From the NCBI RefSeq assembly GCF_009914755.1, contig NC_060926.1: a DNA stretch of 64,000 bases, one strand, 5' to 3'. Below, in pieces: positions 1 through 12,130 of the stretch (the stretch's first letter is position 1; the number at the start of each line of letters is the position of its first letter). The position numbers were made by a program, and so were the translations under genes. The DNA is from the human T2T-CHM13v2.0 reference genome, Homo sapiens. Below the pieces are notes generated by a model. That model ran no database searches. It was not told the DNA's origin and saw only the letters and a list, made by a program, of their open reading frames with translations.

Positions 1-235
1 GCTCACTGCAAGCTCCGCCTCCTGGGTTCTCACCATTTTCCTGCCTCAGCCTCCCGAGTAGCTGGGACTACAGGCGCCCGCCACCACACCTGGCTAAGTT
101 TTTTTTGTTTTTTTTTTAGTAGAGACAGGGTTTCACTGTGTTAGCCAGAATGGTCTCGATCTCCTGACTTCGTGATCCGCCTGCCTCGGCCTCCTGAAGT
201 GCTGGGATTACAGGTGTGAGCCCCTGTGCCTGGCC
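1..235 (-). mobile_element. Alu (AluY-like), cut by window edge
   Basis: Antisense Alu consensus with AluY-type GCAAGCTCCGCCTCC and GGTCTCGATCTCCTGAC. Confidence 0.9.
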
Positions 236-2625
236 TTTTTTGTCTGTTTTCAAATGTGTGTATTTTTAAAGAGTTGTAGTAGTACACATGATTTTTAACC
301 TAGCCTTTTCACTTAATGCTTCATGTTGTCATATTTCCCTTTTGTCACATTCTAATCAAAATCATAACTTGTAGTGGTTGTGCAACATGTATGAAGCTAT
401 GAATCATACCCCTGATTGTATATGTTATTTACTTTTTTAGTTTTTCTCTACTATACATGGAAGTGTGATTAACATTTTTTGTGTATATAATGTTTTCTTG
501 TGATTTGAAATTTTAGATAAAATTACCCAATGTTGGATTGATGGGTCAAAGTTTTGGAATGATTTTATTGCTCTTGCTGATTAATTTCTGCTAATGCAGA
601 TGTCAGAGAAGCAGTGTCGGTGCACTCACAAGAACATTGGATGTTAGGAGGCTTGTCTTTGTAATATTTAGTGTGCAACAACAAAGATATTTAATATGCA
701 TTTGTCTTTTAATAGTAATGTTAAACATTTCATCTATTTTTAGTCTCCCTTTGGGTAATGGCTATCATCATGTCCTTTACCTACTTACCTCTTGAGGTTT
801 TAATTTTTCTTTTGTGCAAGTTCTTTATGTATTAAGGATATAAGCTTCTATCATATTTGCTTTGAATTTGTTTTTCTTTTTAATTTTAGTTAAAAAATTA
901 TGCCATTTTTCTCCTCTTCTGAAATTTTATTTTCTACTCACTTTTAAAAATAGTTTTCAATTAGTGAATATTCCACCCTAATGACTATCAGCAGTTGAAG
1001 AAAATATCTGTGCTAAGTTCTAATTACTTCTTGTATAATCAATTCCTGGAAATATTCATGGTCCTCAATCTTAGAGTGTTAAAGAACCAGCATAAAACAA
1101 AAAAAGAGATGTCCATCTCTTCTTAAGAAAATTGCTCCATTCCTGTTTCTTTATTGCTGCAGTAATTATGGTGTTCTTAGGCATTTTGTGTCAGTTCAGT
1201 ATTGCCTGTTAGTCATTTTTATATTTCTGTACTCTTCAGTTACTAGGCCCTGCTTCCTCCTAATCCACTGCTATCTTTTAGGTATTCGCATGAAAAGCAC
1301 AAATTAGTAGTCCTCCAATACCACCTCCACCCCACATGGTAGAGACATAGAGTGGGAAAAATTGCAACAGCCTTATAGGAAATTCTGTGCTGGTTCTTTG
1401 AAAAAATTTGAAGTGGCAAATAGTACAAGAAGTTGAAATAACTGTATTATGAAAGGCTATTTTTTACCTAGGGGTAAGGTCGAAGCAACACTGTCACAAA
1501 ACTGTCTCTCTAAAATCACGGGGCCAGCGTCCTGAAAAGTGATATTTTTCAACATAGTACTTTGACTTTTTGAACCTTGTCTGCCTTGGGCAACATCTGA
1601 CAGTGGTAGTTATTATGTAATGTGGCGTGGAAGTGATTAATCAAAGCAAGAAATGGTATTTATTCTGTCAGTCTCTAGAAACTACAAGTAAGTAGCCTTT
1701 TCTCCCCACCATACTCAGTAGTCCCTGATAGAGAATGATACATGACAAAAAAGAATGGCGTATTACAAGAAAGAATGAACTAGGCTATAAGGCCAGACTA
1801 CAAGCTACCCAGCGGGGTTAAATTCATAAACCAGAGGAAAGTCACAGCAAATTATTTGTGCATCAGCAAAATGATGTAATCATTCTGCACAAACATTTGA
1901 TTTCCTAGGAGGACACTGACAGCTGACTTCTCCGCAGTTTCCCACAATACGAGAGTTTCATTGTACAGGGAAGGCAAGATGAGAAAAAAATGCAAACATT
2001 AAAATTCAAGCCAAAACTGTATGATAGCATCTTCTTTGGAAGTACGCGTATTGGGTTGACCATCATGTGAGAAAAATTATTGAAGTCTTCTAGATGTAAA
2101 TCTTAATATGATTAATTATTATTTAAAGATATTTTCAGAATCTGACTATAATAGCAATGAAATGTGAATATGGATTACTTTGTAATTAACATTAAAATCT
2201 TAATTTTTTATTACAGAAAATTTAAATCAACACAAAAGTAACCCATCACTAATCTTAAACCATTATCTTGGCTCATCTTGTTTCATCTATTCCCCTATCC
2301 ACACATCATTTTGAAGCAAATCGTAGACATAATATTGTATCATTCCCTGTATTTCATGTTTTCTAAAAGATGATTCCTAAAAAATAAAAAGAAACATAAC
2401 CACAATATAATTTTTATTAGCACACGTAAAAGTTTGGCAGTTCATTCCTTAAAGCCCTCAAATATTCAGTCATTGTTCAAATTTCCAAGTGTTTCTTAAA
2501 TATCGTAATTTTTAAAACACCAAAATAGCTACTATTAATATTTGTAATACAGAAATAGGTTTAATAGTAAATAAATGAGCAGTGAAAACATTCTTTAACA
2601 TCTTGCACCTGCTTTTTGTTTTCAG

Positions 2626-2802
2626 TGCCTCCATATGCTCGAATGCTTAGGAATCCCCTGGGTTCAGGCTGCTGGGGAAGCTGAAGCCATGTGTGCTTAT
2701 CTCAATGCTGGTGGTCATGTCGATGGCTGCCTCACCAATGATGGAGATACTTTCCTTTATGGGGCCCAGACTGTTTACAGGAATTTCACTATGAATACAA
2801 AG
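2626..2802 (+). CDS. GEN1: GEN1 coding exon (presumed exon 4), XPG-I nuclease core, aa 117-175
   Basis: ttcag|TGC...AAG|gt; 177 nt; CLHMLECLGIPWVQAAGEAEAMCAYL...TNDGDTFLYGA has the Rad2/XPG EAEA and D-x-D catalytic motifs. Confidence 0.97.
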
Positions 2803-3243
2803 GTGTTTATTTTCTTTCTCTTTTTCAGCATTTGTTTACGAACTACCTTTTTTAAAGGGCTGATTAAATGAAATAGTAGATATAAAATGCTTACTGTAAT
2901 GCCTTGCACGTAGCAATTGCTAATTAAAATGCTTACTGTTATTAAAAATCATTGCCACATAGTTCATTCTCTTCAAAATGTGGATTTATCTCATAAGAAC
3001 TTGACTTGTTTGTTTCACATGGTTTGATTCTAAATCATTTTCAAAAATACATCACGAATTGCATATGAAAATGTGTTGCTTTGATCCTGAATTTCCAGTT
3101 TAGTGTTTCATCCTCAGAAATACCTCCAAATATGCAAAGAGAGAGATATAAAGATGTTCAATGTAGCATTGTTAATAATTACAAAAATTTGGCAAGCAGC
3201 CCGAGTGCTCATTGATAGGGACATGGTTAAATCCTTCACACTT

Positions 3244-3420
3244 ACTGGTTCCCAGTTGGAGAGATACTGCTGGGAGACATTTTGGTTGCAACAGTTCAGG
3301 CTTGGGCAAAGGAGAGTATAGATATGTGATGGCTTGGTGCCAACCAAACTAAACCTTCTGCCAGACATTTCTGCTATCCCTCCCGAAATGCTAATATTAG
3401 CACCCCCATTGAGAAACACT
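3244..3420 (+). mobile_element. MER20-like hAT remnant inside old L1 sequence
   Basis: Ends resemble CAGTGGTTCTCAA...TTGAGAAAC-CTG; internal GGAGACATTTTGGTTG; heavily diverged. Confidence 0.45.
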
Positions 3421-3899
3421 GTTTCAGAGTCCATATGATGTAATACAGTGCAGTCATTGAAAAGGCTATTATTGACATAAAAGATATCCAGACATATTAA
3501 TGGTGGAAAATTTCTCAAAATAGTATTTTTATATAATCCTACTTTTACTTAAAAAACGTAATTAACAATAAATATTCATATATATGTATCAAAGGAGATG
3601 GTTTTTTGGAAGAATATGCACCAAGCTATTAATGATAGCTCAGGCAGTGCAGTTACGGGGAATGTTTACTTTCTATAATATATATATATATATATGTTAC
3701 AGTGTTTTATTTTGTAAGATGGAAATCTACATTTTTTAGACACCAGAAAGCAATAAAATGGAAAAAATTGGCTAGCATAGTTATTTTTAAGCCATTTTTG
3801 AAACTACAACTTTATTTTCATATATTGAAATGTCAGATTCTATAAAGATTCTGCTGATCAGGATAATTTTCTTATATAAAGTTTTTGGAATAATTAAAC

Positions 3900-4198
3900 T
3901 TTTTTTCTTTTTTTGAGACGTAGTCTCACTGTGTCACCCAATCTGAAATGCAGTGGTGTGATCTCAGCTCACTGCAACCTCCTCCTCCTGGCTTCAAGTA
4001 ATTCTTGTGCCTCAGCCTCCCAAGTAACTGGGACTACAGGCACATGCCACCACGCCTGGCTAATTTTTTTGTATTTTTAGTAGAGATGGGGTTTCACCAT
4101 GTTGGCCAGGCTGGTCTCAAACTCCTGACCTCAAGTGATACACCCACCTTGGCCTCTCAGAGTGCTGGGATTACAGGCATGAGCCACCATGCCCAGCC
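3900..4198 (-). mobile_element. AluS
   Basis: Full antisense dimer; 14-bp TSD TGGAATAATTAAAC at 3886-3899 and 4199-4212. Confidence 0.93.
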
Positions 4199-4307
4199 TG
4201 GAATAATTAAACATTTAAAGATAACATTGACAAATTATTTTTGTAATGTGGTTTAATGTATAAATATGTACTTTTTGAGGATTAAACTAAATCTGTTCTT
4301 TCTTTAG

Positions 4308-4418
4308 GACCCACATGTTGACTGTTACACAATGTCATCTATCAAGAGTAAACTAGGTTTGGATAGAGATGCTCTGGTTGGATTAGCAATACTTCTTGGC
4401 TGTGATTATCTCCCAAAG
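4308..4418 (+). CDS. GEN1: GEN1 coding exon (presumed exon 5), aa 176-212
   Basis: tttag|GAC...AAG|gtaagc; 111 nt; DPHVDCY...LAILLGCDYLPK (H2TH GxDY motif). Confidence 0.97.
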
Positions 4419-6466
4419 GTAAGCTGAAATTGTCATATTTATTTGCTATTCATAAAGTCTTTTTCGTACTTTATGTGCTGTATAAATATGAATATAATAT
4501 GGCTATATGATTAAAAATCGAATTTAAAATATAATTTCAGGCATAATAAGCTATTCAGTGACTAAAATAATCGGCATTTCAGATGGCACTAAAAAGCTGA
4601 CTTGTGACACTTAATATTATAAGCAAGAATAGAATAATGTAGTACCACAGCTTGAATCTCAGTAAACTGTTACTCTAGATTAAGAGATTCACATTTATGT
4701 TTGACTATCTTTTTAAATAAATATAGGAGTTATTCTTTTCTTGTATTATGCCATTGTTTCTTTCACTCTTTTTTCTGTTTTTTAGTTTTCAGTATTCTTT
4801 GTGCACATGCTCAATGCTATTACTGTTGCTAAGTCACGTGATCATTGGGATAAGCCATTCATATTTCCATGCCTCTCAGCGTTGTGCTGGGTTTTGTTCA
4901 TGGAAATATTTGTATCTTAAGATGCACAATCTAGTGCTCTGTAACAAATAGGTATAACAGGTGAGTGATGAGTTAAGTATTATGAGAATAATCCCATTTT
5001 TTTAAATGTAGTGTTTAAAAATAGAAAATGACTGGTATTGTAGGTCTTACTATGTAGTTCCCTTATTATGTTCCTACTGATTATTTCTGTATCCTTACAA
5101 TCCGTCATTTTACCTCTATTCCCAAGAGAAGTATAAAGAAGAATGACATGTAATTTTTTTTCCATCTGAGCTCAGGAGAAAGGAAAATATAGCAGGGTAA
5201 TAAAATTATTAAGCCTAATTTGTAATTTATATCATCAAAGAACTTTTTTTAAACTGTGAGGAAAAGAAAGCAGGAGGAAAGAAACTTTTAAATACCACAA
5301 ACCATTATTTTGTAATTCTCCTTCTAAAGTAAAAGACGATTTCCTAAATAAAATTATATCATAATTAAAATCTATAAACAGCCCAATGTTTAATTTAAGA
5401 AAAAATTTGCTGACTTGAACTCACAGAAACCAACTTTAGCTACAGTGGTATTTAAATTATGCATTAGCCATAGCTATATTGACCTTTTGTGTTTTTTAAA
5501 ACCAAAACTGCTATGTATTTACATTGTTCTACTTAAAGACTTTTAAGACTATGTACTAACTTGATTTGCCTTCAAAAACTTAAAGCTAATGCTAATACAA
5601 GAAGAATGATATTCAAGATATCTAATAACGTGTATGCCAAAGACATAGGCAATAGAGATGGAAGAGACTTCTGGGTATCCCTGCTGTGCCATAGACTCTC
5701 TTTTTAGTAGCTGGATTCTGGGTATAGGTGGATTGGGAAGTATTCAGGTTAGATGGGACATTCCTGTGCAGGCAGATACTCAGAATGCTTGGGCAGTAGC
5801 TATTTACTAACCAGTTAACACGAGTGTGTAAATCCTAGTGTGTACTGGTTAAATAACAGCTCTGCTTATAAGGACATATTCATACACTTATAGGGGCTGG
5901 AAGACTCAGTTTAAATCAGAAATTGTGACAGGAATATACATTAAGGCATATCATTTTCGTATATTGGAAATTCACACTTTAAATTTTCTTAAGTTTTTAA
6001 TTTCAAGAGTTAACTTAAAACGTTCCTTCGTTCTCTGTTTATGTCTGGGTTTTGGAATATTAAATGTTCATGTAATTAAATGAACTTGCTTTTTCCTGAT
6101 TACAAACATAAAGTTAGGTTAAATTAAAATATTATCCAAATAATTAACATAGTAAATGAAAGCCCTCTAAAATTATGACCCTCCCTTCCCTAAAATAAAC
6201 ACCATCAGTGGTTTGGTATATAACTCGCTGAAATTTTTGTTTACATAGATAACAGTGTAATTGTCATTTACTTTACAAATCCTGATCATATACACTATTG
6301 TGAAGTTTTTGTTTTATGCATAGCAGTGTATCTTGCATATCTTTTCCTATCTTTATTGAAGAGTTACCTCATTCTTTCAGCTGCTGACTCTTCCGTTCAA
6401 TTAATATACTTTTAACCATTCCTAGTGATTAACATTGGAATTATTTTTTTTCCCACTTTCTGAAAG

Positions 6467-6540
6467 GGAGTCCCTGGAGTTGGAAAAGAGCAAGCATTAA
6501 AACTTATACAGATTTTGAAAGGGCAAAGTTTACTTCAGAG
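6467..6540 (+). CDS. GEN1: GEN1 coding exon (presumed exon 6), aa 213-237
   Basis: gaaag|GGA...AG|gtaact; 74 nt; GVPGVGKEQALKLIQ (H2TH helix). Confidence 0.96.
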
Positions 6541-6751
6541 GTAACTAATAATTACTTTCTCTTGTGACATTGAACCTTTATTCTTGCTGAACTTAATAAC
6601 GAATAGTACAGGAAACAATTGTTTTCCAAAAAAGGGTTTTGTATTTTTAAACTGACCTATATTTTGTTTGATTTAAGATAATTTATTTTTATTTATTTTG
6701 AAATTTTCCAAAGGAAGGATGAGAATACATGTTCCAAGCCGTATTGCATTT

Positions 6752-7106
6752 TTTTTTCTTTTTTTGGAGACAAGGTCTCACTGTGTCGCCTAGGCTGCAG
6801 TGCAGTGGCGCAATCACTGCTCACTGCAATCTCAACCTGCCGGAGTCAAGTGATCCTCCTACTTCAGCCTCCTGAGTAACTGGGACAACAGATATGCACC
6901 ACTGTGCCCAGCCACCATACTACATTTAAAATATACATATTATTTATATTAAACATGTTAATATATTAATTTTTAATTTTTTTTTTTGTAGAGATAGGGT
7001 CTCCCTATGTTGCCCAGGTTGGTCTTGAACTCCTGGGCTCAAGTGATCCCCCTGCCTTGGTTTCCCAAAGTGTTAGGATTACAGGCATGAGCCACGGTGC
7101 CCAGCC
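6752..7106 (-). mobile_element. AluJ-age right and left monomers separated by an AT-rich spacer
   Basis: Right arm about 6752-6913, left arm about 6970-7106; both followed by ACCATACT(A/G)CATTT. Confidence 0.85.
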
Positions 7107-8626
7107 ACCATACTGCATTTTAAAAAATCTATTATTAGCTCACTAAACACATTTAGTACAATGTCAAGTGCATTTATGTATGACCATGGGCATTTTGCCA
7201 CTAGCTATTTTAAACCCTTTTACCAAAAGGTAAAGATAAACATGACATTAAAATAATTTTGTATTTAATACTTTGATATTGTATTTTCTTTCTATAAATG
7301 AAATGTCTGTGGCGTGTTGTAAATATTTAATAATAAGCAACATTAATTGAAATCTTACTCGACTGGCCTTTGCTTTATAGCTACATATTTAATAATAACA
7401 TTAATTCGTTTAGTCTCTATAGTTGGAGGATTCAGAACAAGATGCAGATTATATAGAAGTTAACAAACTATGCTATTTACTATCTCAAAAACACATGAAT
7501 TATATTTGCTGATGAAAGCAATGTTTTATAAAAATTAATATTAATGATGATAGGTATAGAATCAATAAGAAAGGAACTAGGACACTGGGAAACTTAAAAC
7601 AGTCTTGGCCTCCAGCAGGTTCGAGATGGCAAGTGCCTGAAAAAAATGTTAAGAGGTAAAAATGAAAAAGGAATGACCATAAAAAATACATCAAATCACT
7701 GTATTCTTTCCTATGATACTTCTCTTTTAGCTGTAAAACTGTTGATAAATGTAAGACTTCAGTAAATCCATTATTGACATCAGTTATTACTGTGCCCAAG
7801 CAAGAAAGGAAAGGTATAATTTGGCCTGGGTGTGAGTTAAGGAATCATTTGGGAATTGTAAAAAATAATATAAAGAAGGAAAAGCAAGTGAATATAACAC
7901 CTGGCTAACTCCAAACCATTCTTATTGAAACAGTTTCAGCAAATAAGCACTGTTGACACTTGAAAATAATAAAATTACATTTATTTTATAATTATCTATT
8001 ATTCTGTTTTATATACTGACTTTTCCTCTCAGTTATTTTTAATTTTTGCCGTGCTATTCTTTATCTGGAAGCAATTAATGCTAATTTTTAACAGGCTTGT
8101 ACTTGGTCTTTGTAGTAAATGAATTAGAAATTCCAGAAGCTAAATAGTAACTCTTAAGTACCAGATACTGCACAATGACCTGAAGAGATAATTTAGCTTT
8201 TATAAAAACTTCAACTTGTTTAAGTAGAGGAACATAATTCAGAACACATACGTTTTATGATTAATACCTAACCATACCCTTTGTGGCTTTATGTTAACCT
8301 GGAACTTTAGCCAAAAACGAAATTAACTTTTAATTAGTAGAAATCTTTATAGTACTATACATTTTTCTTAAAATCTTTTATGAAGCAGGTAATGTTTTGC
8401 TCTTTGCACAAGAGATTAAGAAATGATTATTTTACATGATTTAGCTTTTTGATACAGTTTTCACCCAGAAGATTAATGTTTTATTTAATTTTATATATTA
8501 CTCTTTACTCTTCTTTCTGATATAGAGAAATGTTCATGATTCTGTTTTGTACTCTGGCACACAGAGTCAGTCTGCTCACATACTGCTGCCTAACTTAAGA
8601 TTCTTCAAAAAAAAAAGACTGATTGG

Positions 8627-8704
8627 ATATATATATACATACATATATATATATACAATTTTTTTTAATAGAGATACCGATATATAGATACACACACACA
8701 TATA
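8627..8704. repeat. Interrupted (TA)n/(CA)n microsatellite
   Basis: Seen directly; it generates the spurious YIYI-type ORFs. Confidence 0.85.
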
Positions 8705-8924
8705 CTCTCTCTCCTGTCTTGCAGTTCTGCTGTCCTTGGGCCTTGGGGCCACATTTAAAGCTTGTGACTGAGGGTTTTCCCACACTAGGCCAGCAACTTT
8801 ATCAGCCACCAAAGGGAAAATAATTAGGTAGGTGAAAGGGAATAGATCAGCCTGATATTTGAGAACATACCGTTTTTGTGACCTCATTTTTTTTCCTTTT
8901 TTTAAAAACCACTTTCTATTAAAG

Positions 8925-9016
8925 GTTTAATCGGTGGAATGAAACATCTTGTAACTCTAGTCCACAACTGCTAGTCACTAAAAAACTGGCTCATTGTTCC
9001 GTATGTTCCCATCCAG
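8925..9016 (+). CDS. GEN1: GEN1 coding exon (presumed exon 7), aa 237-268
   Basis: taaag|G TTT AAT...CCA G|gtaagg; 92 nt; FNRWNETSC...AHCSVCSHP; phases match neighbours. Confidence 0.96.
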
Positions 9017-10362
9017 GTAAGGAGACATAGGGAATGGTTATTAGTATCTCATACCCATGTTTTAATTCTTGTTCACATAGTACTTTTTACATGCCAATAT
9101 TAATAATACTTTGAAGGGTTTTACATTGTCTTCTCCACTAGATTAGGAATTCCTTGCAGTCAGTTTTGTTATATACACATAGTAGTCACTCAGTAAATGT
9201 TTATTGAAACCAATAATGTGATGTAGATGATAAATATAAGTACAGTTTCAAACTATGATACCAAATTACTTAGATCTTAAAACTATGTTTTCAATATAGA
9301 AATCCATTTTAAGAAAAAAATATATACTAATAAGTCTTAGGGAAAATGGAACTGAAACCATTTGTTAATATATTGGTGATTTATATTTATCTACTTAAAT
9401 GATTCTTCATTGTCCTGTAATGCATTTTGTGTGTGAAGACAGTGACTTAAAACTAATTTCTAATACATGTTCACTATTCTTGAAAATAGCTTGGATCTTC
9501 TTCATTAGTCTTGGTTTAAAAAAAAAAAAGACACTACGGAACACGTACTGGATCAGAAAGGCCTTTCATTCCCAAAAGAGATTAGGATATCATGTTAACT
9601 CATCTTTTAAAAGAAATTCTGCTATATCTAGTTGTCTTAATATATTTTTATTAACATTATTAAATTATAGATAAAATCATGGAAGAAAATCAATGTTTTT
9701 ATAAATAAGATGCTATTGTATAGTTTTTTGATAACTTATAAATGACAATTTTAGGTCATATCAAGTATATGTGCTCTTACATATTCTCAAGACAATGTTG
9801 AAAGTAATCACACTTTGCTTTTAAAGGGAATTAAATTTCCACACCCGTGCCACAGTCATCATTTGTTCATGTTCCAAGGATAGTTTAAAAATAACTGTAA
9901 CTGAGAGCTAGACACTAGCAGAGGTAATTAACTGCTATATTCTTTTAATACACTCGTTAAAGAAACTATTCTATTAGAGCTATTCTATTAAGTAAATAAT
10001 CTTTTTTGCTAGTAATTACATCCTACTTTTTATGCATGTAGCTTCCACCTAAACCAGAAAGTTTTCTGTTGTTGATTATTGTAAATGTATAATTTCAAGT
10101 GTCTAATTAACACTTTCAGATAGAAGAATAATTTTTTCTAAAGTGTCATGTGATAGTAATAGCTCAAGATCTACTTGAGCCCAAGAATTACTATGGTGTC
10201 TATTACTCTATTCATCCTAAATGTATTGAAACCTTTCTATATGCTAGGTAGTGTGCTAGGCAATATTAATTTTGGAAAATTTAGATACTGGCAAAAAGAA
10301 TGTATGTAGAAAGTAATTATAAAAGGCAAAAAATATTATACTTTTTTTGGGTCTCCATAAAG

Positions 10363-10513
10363 GTTCACCTAAGGATCATGAACGTAATGGATGCAGATTA
10401 TGTAAAAGTGATAAATATTGTGAGCCACATGACTATGAATACTGCTGTCCTTGTGAGTGGCACCGTACAGAACATGATAGGCAACTCAATGAAGTAGAGA
10501 ACAATATTAAGAA
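10363..10513 (+). CDS. GEN1: GEN1 coding exon (presumed exon 8), aa 268-318
   Basis: taaag|GT TCA...AAG AA|gtaagt; 151 nt; SPKDHERNGCRLCK...CCPCEWH...NNIK. Confidence 0.96.
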
Positions 10514-10824
10514 GTAAGTTTTTTTAAAAACTCATGATTTTTCCTGGCATGACCTATACACATACCTTTGGTTGAATTATTTCCATATAATCTTTCCCCA
10601 TATCTAGATTAGTCACATGTTTAACTAAATTTTTTTTTCATTTCTGTTCAAAAATTTAGCTAACCTAGGAGATAGTAATGTAATAGTTATTCAAAGGGAA
10701 GCTTGACTGTTTGGGATACTGTAAATTCACATTTCTTATTAAATGGGAGGAGATTGGCTGAGATGATTTCAGAGTCTAAAATTGTCTGATTATAGTAATA
10801 ACATGTATATAATTTTTTTTTCAG

Positions 10825-10861
10825 GAAAGCTTGCTGTTGTGAGGGATTCCCATTCCATGAG
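10825..10861 (+). CDS. GEN1: GEN1 coding exon (presumed exon 9), aa 318-330
   Basis: ttcag|G AAA GCT...GAG|gtaata; 37 nt; KACCCEGFPFHE. Confidence 0.94.
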
Positions 10862-10947
10862 GTAATATCCAGTAATTCAACTCTATTAATTTTAGAAACT
10901 TTCTTAAAAGTTTAAATCTCAGTTTCTATTTTCTTTTTTCTTGCTAG

Positions 10948-11028
10948 GTTATTCAAGAATTCCTTTTAAACAAGGATAAATTGGTGAAGGTTATCAGGTA
11001 CCAAAGACCTGATTTGTTATTGTTTCAG
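10948..11028 (+). CDS. GEN1: GEN1 coding exon (presumed exon 10), aa 331-357
   Basis: gctag|GTT...CAG|gtatct; 81 nt; VIQEFLLNKDK...RPDLLLFQ; preceded by an 86-nt intron. Confidence 0.96.
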
Positions 11029-11587
11029 GTATCTGAAAATAAATTCTTCTTTACTGTATGAAGTTATATGCTGGAAAGATAGGAACAGATATTCACTCTG
11101 ATTGGTCTTAGAGGAGGTTTAAAATTAAAACAGGCAGCTCTTATATTTTTTCAGCATTTATTTCTACTCTCTCATTTGCCATACAGTGGCCATCTTTGCA
11201 CACTATAAGACAAAGTATAGTTATGCTGTTTTAGAAGATGCCTTAATTAGCATATGTGGATATATTGCATCCATGGATATTTTGGGGGAAGAGGGTTTAA
11301 TAACAAGAGAATGTTAAGATCAAGTATATAATTATGGAAGGTAGTATCATTTACAAAAACATTGATATCTGAAATTAATGACCTAAATTTAAATTTGGAC
11401 CGTATTCCACCTACTGTGTGACCCTGGATGTGTGTTATTCTCAAAACAGAAATAATATTACTTATCTCATAAAGTCACCATGAGGATTAAATGAGATTAT
11501 TTATATTAACTCCTAATATAGTGGCTAGGGACACGGAGTGGCTCAATAAATTGCAACAACTGGGTACTTACAAGTACCAGCTGTAAG

Positions 11588-11640
11588 TAATGACAGCCAC
11601 ATTAAGAACGACAGCCACATTAATAATGACAGCCAACATT
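11588..11640. repeat. 18-bp tandem repeat, about 3 copies
   Basis: TAATGACAGCCACATTAA / GAACGACAGCCACATTAA / TAATGACAGCCAACATT, lying between MIR-like remnants. Confidence 0.85.
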
Positions 11641-11999
11641 TGTTAGACATTTAAATTTGCTGTTATGTTTAATGCATTGCATGTAATCTCAATCTTTGTA
11701 ATCTGTGAAGTGGGTTGTAATATTTTCACATTACAGATGGTAAAACTGAGGCTAAGAGAGTTTAAGTAAGTTACCCAACATCTAAGAAATATCATCCTGG
11801 CGTTCAAACCGAGAGCCTTCACTCTTAATCATTATGCAATAATGATTCTTCCTTAGGAGGCTCATTGTTTCTAGAATATTCTCATTGATACTACTTTAAC
11901 TTACGTTAATTCTAAAGGAAAAAATATTAATATCACCTAGGAGTGCTATTTGTCTCCAAGAGATAACAAAATCTTGTTTTATTTTTATTATATTTATAG

Positions 12000-12130
12000 A
12001 GATTTACTCTTGAAAAAATGGAGTGGCCCAATCACTATGCATGTGAGAAATTGCTGGTACTTTTGACCCATTATGACATGATAGAAAGAAAGCTTGGTAG
12101 CAGAAACTCTAATCAACTACAGCCAATTCG
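12000..12130 (+). CDS. GEN1: GEN1 coding exon (presumed exon 11), aa 358-401
   Basis: tatag|AGA...CG|gtaatg; 131 nt; RFTLEKMEWPNHYACEKLL...QLQPI. Confidence 0.96.

Noticed and set aside
2803-2871. C-terminal part of the 78-aa ORF
   Set aside because: Intron read-through past the GT donor at 2803
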